From positions 1-52,654 of IMG/VR virus record IMGVR_UViG_3300026488_000030: DNA of 52,654 nt, one strand, 5' to 3'. Under the pieces are notes generated by a model. The model made no database searches, had not been told where the DNA came from, and worked only from the letters and a program-made list of their open reading frames with translations. Shown one piece after another: positions 29,633-38,900 of this stretch; the stretch's first letter is position 1; each line of letters begins with the position of its first letter. The position numbers and the translations under genes are program-made. Source of the stretch: a virus. Lineage: Duplodnaviria > Caudoviricetes.

Positions 29633-30049
29633 TTATGTGTCTAAATGTTGTGATATATATAGCGCTAGAGTTTGAGGACTGAAGTAGTAGTGGAGATGAT
29701 GTTTGAGTGATTGTGGTAGTGATTGATAACAGTTAGTGGTATGTTGTTTTAGTAGTTGTGATTTTTCCTTGGTGTAGTTGATGTAGTTTTGTTTGTCGGA
29801 GAAGTGAGTGTGGGTGATGGTTTTGTTGTTATTAGATGTTGGAGTGATGGAGTATTTTTTGTTTAATTTATTTAGCGCCGGTTTGTAGATGGAGTTGGAG
29901 TAGGTGTTGATGTGAAGGTCGAGAGAATGAAGTAGAGTGATGTATTCTGATTCGGTTAATGGTTTAGGTTTTTTTAATAGCGCGCGAAATGCGATGGCTA
30001 ATGCAAATGCTGCAACTGCTGTAATAATAGCAACTGTTACTGTGTCCAT
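29633..30049 (-). CDS. N-terminally membrane-anchored hypothetical protein
   Basis: SD aggag; VAIITAVAAFALAIAF followed by basic KKPK. Confidence 0.6.
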   Translation of the reverse strand: MDTVTVAIITAVAAFALAIAFRALLKKPKPLTESEYITLLHSLDLHINTYSNSIYKPALNKLNKKYSITPTSNNNKTITHTHFSDKQNYINYTKEKSQLLKQHTTNCYQSLPQSLKHHLHYYFSPQTLALYISQHLDT

Positions 30050-30112
30050 AAGCGTCTCCTGTGAACTTTAGTGTGAACTACTGCTAACTACCTTGTGAGT
30101 GAAAAATAAGAC

Positions 30113-30144
30113 AAAAAATTGCCGGAGTCGTCTGAGACTCCGGC
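30113..30144 (-). terminator. intrinsic terminator
   Basis: gccggagtc-gtctga-gactccggc with A-run. Confidence 0.75.
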
Positions 30145-30150
30145 TGTCTG

Positions 30151-30417
30151 TTACTCGTCCTCGTCCTCGTCGGTTACAACCGACTCATATAGCTTGTCTA
30201 CCACCTCGTCCGGAAGTGCTGATGCTAGTTCCTTTGCATCCTCCTCGAGCATTATCGAGGCAACATATGCATCAACGCTTCCATAGTTTTCCATAATGGC
30301 TTCCTGTTTCTCAATAGCTTCCTGGATAACTTCACCGAAGGAAGAAATACCTGCATCGACAGATTCGTCGATGACTTGGTTAATAATACCGGCGAATTTT
30401 TCTAAATAAGTAGCCAT
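30151..30417 (-). CDS. small acidic protein, putative prohead core/scaffold
   Basis: SD ggagg; multiple (I/L)xE sites (IDES, IQEA, IMEN, LYES); own terminator. Confidence 0.55.
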   Translation of the reverse strand: MATYLEKFAGIINQVIDESVDAGISSFGEVIQEAIEKQEAIMENYGSVDAYVASIMLEEDAKELASALPDEVVDKLYESVVTDEDEDE

Positions 30418-30694
30418 AAGTGAAATACCTCCGTTTCACTGAAAGATATTATTAAGATGTTTTTTGATATCGATAAAAGTGATATATAATAAAAGAAATT
30501 GTTGATAATATACTATTTGTGAGTAGTTATAGGTATGGTACCACTGTGGGACATTTGACTTTAAATCGCGATTTTGGATGGAGTTGAAGTGGTTGAGATA
30601 AAGAGAAATAGAGAGATTATTAGGAAAGCGCGCGAAATTGGATCCTGTGATTATCGCGAATGTGGTTAAGCACCATTGTCGCTGAAACAGGCTC

Positions 30695-30935
30695 ATACCA
30701 CTCGTGACTAAAGTCAGAATGCTATGAGCGCTTAAATCTGCGCATATTGCAAACAGCTGAAGCTGTTACGCTACCACGCGATAAATCGCGTGTTATAGCG
30801 ACGTAAACGCGCCTATATGCGACGATATGAGCGCCATCAATATAAAACATTGATTTCGACTGTATCGTCGCGTATACGCGAAATATGTCGCTATTAGAGC
30901 CAGGTTGCGGATATAGTTACTGTCGTAGATATATG
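30695..30935 (+). repeat. family A element, copy 7 (core 30795-30894)
   Basis: 100-bp core; lacks the middle atccgcaac module. Confidence 0.95.
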
Positions 30936-31045
30936 TTGAATTCAACATTTACGAATAGAAATTATTCAACCAGAACCTTCCAGTTATTGACTTTAATTGT
31001 CTGGTAATAGAAATTATAATACAAATCTCTTATGGAGGAGGCTTT

Positions 31046-31093
31046 ATGAAATACTTCATCGACGACGATTGGGACGTTGTAGACGTTTATTAA
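31046..31093 (+). CDS. 15-aa acidic micro-peptide MKYFIDDDWDVVDVY (not in ORF track)
   Basis: ggaggagg SD with correct spacing, ATG 31046, TAA 31093, downstream terminator. Confidence 0.45.
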   Translation: MKYFIDDDWDVVDVY

Positions 31094-31107
31094 ATAACGT
31101 CCCACTG

Positions 31108-31159
31108 AAGCAAGCACCGGGAACAATAGACACCTTCCAACCCGGTGCTTGCTTTATTT
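31108..31159. terminator. bidirectional terminator-like hairpin
   Basis: perfect 14-bp stem aagcaagcaccggg/cccggtgcttgctt with 19-nt loop + tattt. Confidence 0.7.
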
Positions 31160-31169
31160 GTCTGGGAAT

Positions 31170-32885
31170 TTACTCTAATGAAATACCGGAAGCTCGTCCG
31201 AATGCTTCATTGTCTGCTGAAAGTTTTGATGAATTGCTAATGAATTCAGGTAAGTCGGAAGAAAGCTCTTCTAATGATTCATAGATGCGAAGGTTACCAG
31301 TGAAGAAAATAGCGGAATGGTGGTCGTCTTTTTTGCCTTCTTTGGCTTTAGTAGTTTTCATTTCAAATGGTATTAGGTAATCGGAGTTTAGTAGATTTTC
31401 TAATTGGTATTGTGGTGGAAGTTGAAAAGAAGAAAGAATATAGCGCGAGTTTTCGATGGATTTGTCACCAATCCATTCGGTAATGTCTTTATCGCGTCGT
31501 TGACGACACATGAAGATGTAGTCAGAGTATCTGACTTTTTTGTATGAATCACCAATGTCTTCATTAGACATTGTGATAGATGTTTCGGAAGAACGGCGAT
31601 TTTGAGTTGCTGTTATTATTGGTAATTTATAAGCGCGCGAAATGGTTCGCAGTTCTTGAACAATTGTTCCTTGAGCATCATAGTCACGCATTTCACGACG
31701 GTGAATAGTTGGAACAAACACGTCAATGTAATCTGCAAATACTGCTCTGACATTGTAACCGTCTACTTTAAGACGGTCAATGAATTTAGCTAAGTCAGTG
31801 GGTGTAAATGTGTTTTCTTCAGAATGTTTCAAAATAATAGAAACTTTACCTTGTGTACGATTGTAAAGAGTTGTTGTTACTGTATTAGAGAGAAGCGCTT
31901 CAAATTGAGATTTGTATTTACTATATTCAGGACGACGAGAAATTTGCATACCATAACGGAATAAGCGCTTAACTTCATCTACTGATTGATTTCCTATTAT
32001 TGAAATAAAGCGCCGGAGTAGCTTATAGATATCATCTTCTAAAGTAACAAATAGTATTGCATCATTTGATTTAAAATTTGGCAATTCATTATTTAGAATA
32101 CGAGATAGTATGTTTACTAAAAGTATAGATTTACCGTGATTGGATGGTGCTGAAACAACATAAACAGATGAAGATTCAACACCACCAAAAGGACCGTCTA
32201 AGAGACGGTAACCAGTTTTAAGGATGTTGTATTTACTGAATAAGTATTCAGAAACTGAATCTGTTAGTTTTTTGAAAGATTCTTCATCTGAAAGAGTGAA
32301 GAAACTTTTGAAGTTTTCCTCTTTGTGTAATTGTTTAAGATTTGTTAATGAATTATAAGCGCTGAGAACTGTTTCTTCATATATTTTTAGCGCTTCAAAT
32401 GGATTTGTTGCTTGATTTTGAATTAGTGTTGAAAGTGAATCTATTTGATTAAGCGCCGGAGTTATGTTCTTTAACTCATAAAACGCCTGCATTCTAGCAT
32501 ATACGAAATCTTTCACACTGTTGTAATCTGTATCGTTAGTTATTGGAGCTGCTTTTATTTGTTTAATTAAATTGTGAATAATAGTTGATTCAGATTGTGC
32601 AAAATGTTTGTCGACTGTTGAATAATTCATTGCAGCAATGTTACCAACCTGTTTGATACGAACAGTTTTGTCAATGAATTCGATTTCATCATCTATGTCG
32701 ACTTTGATGTCTAGTTCATTAATAGTTTTACGAACATCGTCAATGAATGTTGCTGTATTATTTAGAAATTCAATTTGATTTTCTAATGATGTTGGATAAA
32801 GAATAGCCCGGCCTAAGTCAACGAAAAATTCATGATTTAAAAAGCGCCTGAAAAAGGCGACTACCAGAGTACTCGTGTTTGTCAT
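31170..32885 (-). CDS. DnaB-like (SF4) replicative helicase
   Basis: Walker A SAPSNHGKS, FVTLED, FADYID, ELRTIS..LPIITATQ. Confidence 0.85.
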   Translation of the reverse strand: MTNTSTLVVAFFRRFLNHEFFVDLGRAILYPTSLENQIEFLNNTATFIDDVRKTINELDIKVDIDDEIEFIDKTVRIKQVGNIAAMNYSTVDKHFAQSESTIIHNLIKQIKAAPITNDTDYNSVKDFVYARMQAFYELKNITPALNQIDSLSTLIQNQATNPFEALKIYEETVLSAYNSLTNLKQLHKEENFKSFFTLSDEESFKKLTDSVSEYLFSKYNILKTGYRLLDGPFGGVESSSVYVVSAPSNHGKSILLVNILSRILNNELPNFKSNDAILFVTLEDDIYKLLRRFISIIGNQSVDEVKRLFRYGMQISRRPEYSKYKSQFEALLSNTVTTTLYNRTQGKVSIILKHSEENTFTPTDLAKFIDRLKVDGYNVRAVFADYIDVFVPTIHRREMRDYDAQGTIVQELRTISRAYKLPIITATQNRRSSETSITMSNEDIGDSYKKVRYSDYIFMCRQRRDKDITEWIGDKSIENSRYILSSFQLPPQYQLENLLNSDYLIPFEMKTTKAKEGKKDDHHSAIFFTGNLRIYESLEELSSDLPEFISNSSKLSADNEAFGRASGISLE

Positions 32886-32905
32886 AAAGTGCCCTCCCCA
32901 TTTGG

Positions 32906-34588
32906 TTAGTTATGATATTCGGCTAAAACTTGAGCGGAAACAGCTTTTATTAGCGCTGAAATGAATAAACTGTTGTAAAATGCAGCAACTTGACTGGAAT
33001 GTACCTGTGTGATAACGTTAATTTGATTTTGAACTGTAGTTGGAGTAATATTGTAATTGATAGAGCTATTGTCTAAAGTAGTATTAATCGAGTTAATTAT
33101 TTCTGTTGCTGTATTGGACATAAATCCAGGATTTTGAAGTGAGTGTATGAAAATTTTATTATGAAAAGTTTTTTGTGTATTGATGGAGTAATCACTGTTA
33201 AAGGTTTTATCAGTAAAACCTTTAGTGTATAGCATATTGTGTATGGAGATAAGAATGTTACTGTAATCTTCGACTCTGGTAGTCTCCAAGTATTTGAAAA
33301 AGTGGTTAATGATAAGAGCTGAGAAGTAATTGTTTATTAATAGAGAAGCGCCGGATTTGGCGTATGGCACAATATCGTAATCAGTGGCATTAAATGCTGT
33401 TGCTATTGCAGATGGGTCAATTGTATTATACTCATCGACAATATCAGCGCTAGTTAGAATATTATAATTAGCGTTTGTATATAGTATATTTAACACGTAA
33501 TATTTAACGGCGTAAGGTATTGCGTTTAGGAAAACAATTGGATCATTGACGAAATAGTATGGTAAGTATAAGTATAAAGTTAGCGCTTGAGGCGTTTCTT
33601 TAGCTAAAAAGTTTGAGTATAAGTTATATTCTGCAATTGCTGTTTGTGGGTTGAATAATTGTGTTAAATTATTTGAAATTGTATATAGCGCCAATTTTGA
33701 TGAACTGTATTGAAGCAGTATTGATGTGAAATCATAAATTAGTTTGCTCAAGTTATCTAAATCATACAAATAGTTATTCACAAAATCATCAATTAGCGGA
33801 TACAATTTAGATATCAGTATCGACTTAAACTCATTACATAGTTGAGTCTTTATTGTATTCGTTATTTGATATACTAGAAGAACCTGGCGACTATAAGATG
33901 TAAATAATTCGCATATAAAATTGTCGTTATTGAACAAGCCTTTTAAATCAGAAATTAGCGTTTCTTTATTTAGGTCGTGGAGTATATTGTCAGCTGTAAT
34001 ATTGAATAATGAGTTAAGATTAGCGCTGAAAAGTCGTCGGTATAGCTCGTAGTATGTTGTATATTTAGTTAGAGGATAAGTGAATGCACCAGGTGTTGAT
34101 TGATCTTCCAGTATTGAAGTATCAGGTGATACTACAGTAAAATCGTTTAGAGACATAGGAATAGATTCAGTAAATAGTGACGGAACTGTCGGATATTTTA
34201 TTAAATCACGGAAGGATGTACAGGATTTTATGTTTAAATAATTATAAAGCGCGGGAAAATCACAAGTTGTTTGTTTCAAACTTTCAAATGTTATCCTAGT
34301 TCGCTGTAAATCGGAAGGCATATTCTGTTTAGTGAATTCGTGATCAACAGTAACACCTGCAGCAATCTTTACTGGTGAATATCCTGATGTTGAAATAAAA
34401 TTAAAATATCGATTCAACGGTTCCAAGATTCGTATTCTTTGTTCATCTTTTATTAAAGCGCTAATTAAATTAACGGTAACAGAATCTGTTAAAGTCGAAA
34501 GTTGATTTTGCTGAAGTGTATCGAATTTTTGAGGATCTGCTTGAAATGTTGCAAATGAAGCGAATGTATATGCTAATGGATTATACAT
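32906..34588 (-). CDS. hypothetical (probably virion) protein
   Basis: 560-aa ORF with SD aggag in late operon. Confidence 0.6.
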   Translation of the reverse strand: MYNPLAYTFASFATFQADPQKFDTLQQNQLSTLTDSVTVNLISALIKDEQRIRILEPLNRYFNFISTSGYSPVKIAAGVTVDHEFTKQNMPSDLQRTRITFESLKQTTCDFPALYNYLNIKSCTSFRDLIKYPTVPSLFTESIPMSLNDFTVVSPDTSILEDQSTPGAFTYPLTKYTTYYELYRRLFSANLNSLFNITADNILHDLNKETLISDLKGLFNNDNFICELFTSYSRQVLLVYQITNTIKTQLCNEFKSILISKLYPLIDDFVNNYLYDLDNLSKLIYDFTSILLQYSSSKLALYTISNNLTQLFNPQTAIAEYNLYSNFLAKETPQALTLYLYLPYYFVNDPIVFLNAIPYAVKYYVLNILYTNANYNILTSADIVDEYNTIDPSAIATAFNATDYDIVPYAKSGASLLINNYFSALIINHFFKYLETTRVEDYSNILISIHNMLYTKGFTDKTFNSDYSINTQKTFHNKIFIHSLQNPGFMSNTATEIINSINTTLDNSSINYNITPTTVQNQINVITQVHSSQVAAFYNSLFISALIKAVSAQVLAEYHN

Positions 34589-34600
34589 GACTCATCTCCT

Positions 34601-35899
34601 TTATGCGAAATTGGTGACGTCGTAATTATCTGCAATTGCTTGATTTACAATATCATTTGCCTTGTCATCTATACCAGAAGTTCCTTGACTCATTTGGCCG
34701 ATTGATGAAGCTGCAATATTCTCGGATTCTTTAAACCAAGACTGAGCAGTTAATTTGTCTGCTTGTTCTTTAAAACTTTCATCTAACACTTTTAAAATAC
34801 CGTCTATACCTAAGTTCTTTTCATTGACTGAAGTGTCTTGCAAATTAACAGGACGGAGAGATTCGACTACTGAACCTAATGTTTGGAATAGCGCTGAATT
34901 TCGTGAAGACAAACCTGAATTAGCATTAATTGGAATATTTGCTTCGGAAATTACATCGTTCTCAGGATTAGCTGATGATGTGAAAACACCAAATCCATCA
35001 ACAATTTGTTGAAACTGTATAGAAACATCAATAGTCAGTGGTTGTCTGTAAACGTTAAAACTAGTGTCATTACCACCTCTACGCAATGTTACATTTGCAA
35101 CTGATGCAAGAATTAGTTTAGATACACCATATGCACGGAGAGTAAAAGTTAGCGCTTGTCCATATGAAATTCCGTCGCTGGTTTGAGGAGCTGCCATTGC
35201 GATAATATACATTAGTGGTTCAATAATATATTCTTTAACAGCATCTGGGTGACCGTATGGTGAAACTAGTTTAATTGTTGCAGTTAAACCTGTGTCATAC
35301 TTAGACTCATACCATATCTTAGGCAAAGGTATCTTATTACCTAATGCAACAGTTTTACCAAGTGTAACTAGTGCTGAAGCAGCTTCATTTGCTGCGTTTT
35401 CAGACATAACCTTACCTAAAACAGATGAAATTTGTTTTTGTATTTTATCGCTGTTATTTTCAACAGCATTTGTATATGAAACATTTCCGAATAAAGATGC
35501 AGCAGCTTGCTTTGCTTGAGCAAAATGACCTGATAACTTATTCAACATTCCTTGAAACATGTTATCTTGAAAAGCATTTGAGAAGGTATCAGTAGCAACT
35601 GTATCGTCAGTTAAAAATAGTCGAATACCTTTCACAGGTGTTAAATTGTATGCTTGGAGAATCTTTTTAAAGCGCGCGATTCCAGGTTCGTATTCAATCC
35701 TAGGTAAAATTTTATTAAACAAATTACCACCATCAGGTGATTCATATGCTTTTTTTATTTCGTTCAAATCTATTGAAGCTGTACATGGTATTATATCAAT
35801 AACGCTCATTTTACTTTTAAGATATGACGAATGTCTATTGTTTGGATCTGCTTTTGGTTGAAAACTGATGGGTTTACCGATTTCGTATAAATCAATCAT
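34601..35899 (-). CDS. putative baseplate/tail-tube initiator-type protein
   Basis: follows tape measure; PKIWYES, IKLVSPYG, VTLRRGG, PLTIDVSI. Confidence 0.45.
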   Translation of the reverse strand: MIDLYEIGKPISFQPKADPNNRHSSYLKSKMSVIDIIPCTASIDLNEIKKAYESPDGGNLFNKILPRIEYEPGIARFKKILQAYNLTPVKGIRLFLTDDTVATDTFSNAFQDNMFQGMLNKLSGHFAQAKQAAASLFGNVSYTNAVENNSDKIQKQISSVLGKVMSENAANEAASALVTLGKTVALGNKIPLPKIWYESKYDTGLTATIKLVSPYGHPDAVKEYIIEPLMYIIAMAAPQTSDGISYGQALTFTLRAYGVSKLILASVANVTLRRGGNDTSFNVYRQPLTIDVSIQFQQIVDGFGVFTSSANPENDVISEANIPINANSGLSSRNSALFQTLGSVVESLRPVNLQDTSVNEKNLGIDGILKVLDESFKEQADKLTAQSWFKESENIAASSIGQMSQGTSGIDDKANDIVNQAIADNYDVTNFA

Positions 35900-35935
35900 A
35901 GTTGCACTCCTTTGAATTCAGGAGCGTGAGGTATA

Positions 35936-38900
35936 TTACCCCACGCCCACAGGTATTATTGGATATTGTTGCATTTGTGTTGCAAATGCGTTAACCTGAT
36001 TTGCAAATAATTTATCAGCAATATTTTCAGCAACAGGATCAATAGTTGGTTCTTCAGGTTTTTCTGGTATTGATGGAACAGGCTGATTATTATTGATAAT
36101 AACGGGCGATTGTTGCGGCTGTACTAACTGCTGTTGTTTCAAATTCAACGATGCTTCACTAACTGTTTTTGTGGCTTCAGTCGCAGTTGTTGCTATACCA
36201 GTCCAGTTATTACCAGCAGGTGTTGCCATTGCTGTTTTTGGCGCTGATTCAAAAACCTCTGTATCAACATATGAGAGTTGTTGCATAATTCTAGGAACAT
36301 TGGCAATATAATTCTGTGTCTCTTTAGGCATCTTATCAATTTTACCACTGTAGTACTTACCTACATTACCAGGTCCCCAATTGTAAGCTGCCAATGCTTT
36401 TACTAAATCACCTTTATAGCGCTTTAAAAGTGTTGCCAGGTAATATGAACCAGCGTATACGTTCGCATATGGATCTGACAATATTTCTTCTTTAGATAAT
36501 CCTGTTAGTTTAGACAAATATGCAGCGGTAGATGGCATAATCTGCATTAATCCTCTAGCACCAACATGAGAAACAGCATCTGGTTTTCCACGAGATTCCT
36601 GATATATTTCAGCAAGAATTAATGACGGAGAAACATGCAATCCTTTTTCTTCTAATTCTGATGATACTTCAACTGCTAAATCTTTCCATCTTGAAACAAC
36701 TCTTTGAACATCAGGAGATGTCGATTGTCTTCTTATTGTAGGAACAATTCCAGCTTCAACAAATCCACCGGTTCCTCCAGTTATTGGATGTGTTGTATGT
36801 GACTTAGATGGAGCTTCAATTCCTATCATACCTAAGGAACCAGCTTCACTAAATGTAGCAGATGGACCTGTTTTTGGAAGTATGACACTAGATGGAGATT
36901 CGCTAATTGATGAAGCTGGTTTTGTGATTAAATATTGGTTATAATGTTTCATCAAATATTCGCCAAATGCAATATATTCGTCTTCGCTGATATTCTTCTT
37001 TTTACTTAAAGCATCAGCGCGTGAAAGTATATCTTGAACAGCTTCCTCAGGCATAGATACTAAGTCGAATCGATTTATCACATCTTTTAATGATTTTGGG
37101 TATACTTTCTCATGGCTTGTTACTAAGTCAACAACTCTCTTTTGCTCTTTGGATAAATTATTATATGCTGCTTTATCCTTTTCTAACTTATTAATAGGCG
37201 TTGCAAATGTTTTTCCAACACTAATGCCTGCAACATGACTAGATGATGCTTTTTCTTCTTTATGACCGAATATATGATCCTTCAACCATAACAGTCCATC
37301 GATTAAAAAGGATGCCACAGTTCCAACTCCAGGTACAGCTGCAGTTACACCTGATATTAACTCAAGTGCTGCTCCTAAATAATCTTTATCTTTAAAGCGC
37401 TGAAATGCTAAATATCCACCAATAATAGGAGCCAAAGGACCTAATTTTTTACCAACTTTACCAAATATCTTTATAATTCCTTTTCCAGATGCTTTAGCCG
37501 CTTCTTCAGCATATTTACCAATCGTTGGAACAAATTTAGATAACCAACTTGTGCCTTTGCCAAATTCCGCAGCAGCTTTACCCATCTTACCTAAATAGCT
37601 ACCAATCAAATTGAAAAATTTATTGACAGGTTCGAACAACTTGAGTAATTTACCTGCAATCTCCTCACCTTTAATCGCTATCTCTCCGAATGAATCAACA
37701 CGTTTGCCTAACCATGAGATAAAATCGCCAATTTTACTTATGATTTTACCTGCGACACTTTGAATCTTCTCAAAATCTTTAACAATACCATCAACCGTTC
37801 TCACTGATAAGTATTTGGCAAATGCAGCACCTTCTTTTATTAGTCTAAAAGAGGATGGGGCTAACATTGTGCCTAATCCCAATCCCAATGTGAGGAGAGG
37901 ATGTTCACCTACAAATTTCAATGCGTCAACAATACCTAAACTAAGCTGTTTGGTAAACTGTTTAGACGGTTTAGTTGCTTTATACAATTTTTTCAGTTCG
38001 TTAACAATAGTAACTGCCGCTTTAGATAGAGTCTCGCGGAATTTAGATTCTTCACGTTGTTCTTCTTCCTGTCTGACTTCAGAAAGTTCCTGTGAAATAG
38101 TTCTAGTTCTAGTTACTAATACTCCACCTTTGTTTGCTAAAACAATTCCTTTATGTTCTGGAACAGTTGGAGTTGTTAGACCACGAAGTTGCATTTGAGG
38201 TGGTGGAGGTGGAGTTACTATTGGACTAGATTCTTCTCTGAAATTATATCCAGGTATTGATTTAGTGAATTGTTTTGAGATTGATTGTTCAATGTATTCT
38301 TCAATTTCTTTACGGACTTTTTGTGTAATATTTGATTTGAATAGCGCTTTATTTAGAACAGGAGTATATGCTTCTATTGCAGTTTGTAGTAATTCGTTCT
38401 TTAAACTTTGGACTGTTTCTTCAGTGATGGATTCGTATTTATTAGTGAATGGATTCCATTGTAGTTGTGGAACTTGATGCATTTGTTTTGTCTGAATATT
38501 AGATAAGCGCTCAAATAGCTGTAGTAAACGACTTAGAACATCTAATTGCTCTACATTGACACTGTATAACTTATATAACAGGTTAGGTAAACCGTCAGCG
38601 ATGTATCCATATGCTCGTTGTTCTACTGATTTTATTTTAGATTCAAGCGCGCGTTTTGCTTCAGTAACAGCAAGTTCCTTCGGTTTAGTTAAAAACCTGT
38701 CTTGCAATTGCTGATATAAATTCTTAGCTTTGTTTGGTAAGTCTACAATAAAATGTGTAAACTGTGGTAATAATTTAGCCCAACTGACTAAAGCAGCAAT
38801 ACCAGGTATGCTGTACGCTATCTTTTCGGGAAGCTCTTTTATAATATCCATCAATTGTTTCCAGGTAGTCTCCGGAGGTGTATAACCAACTGCTTCAGTC

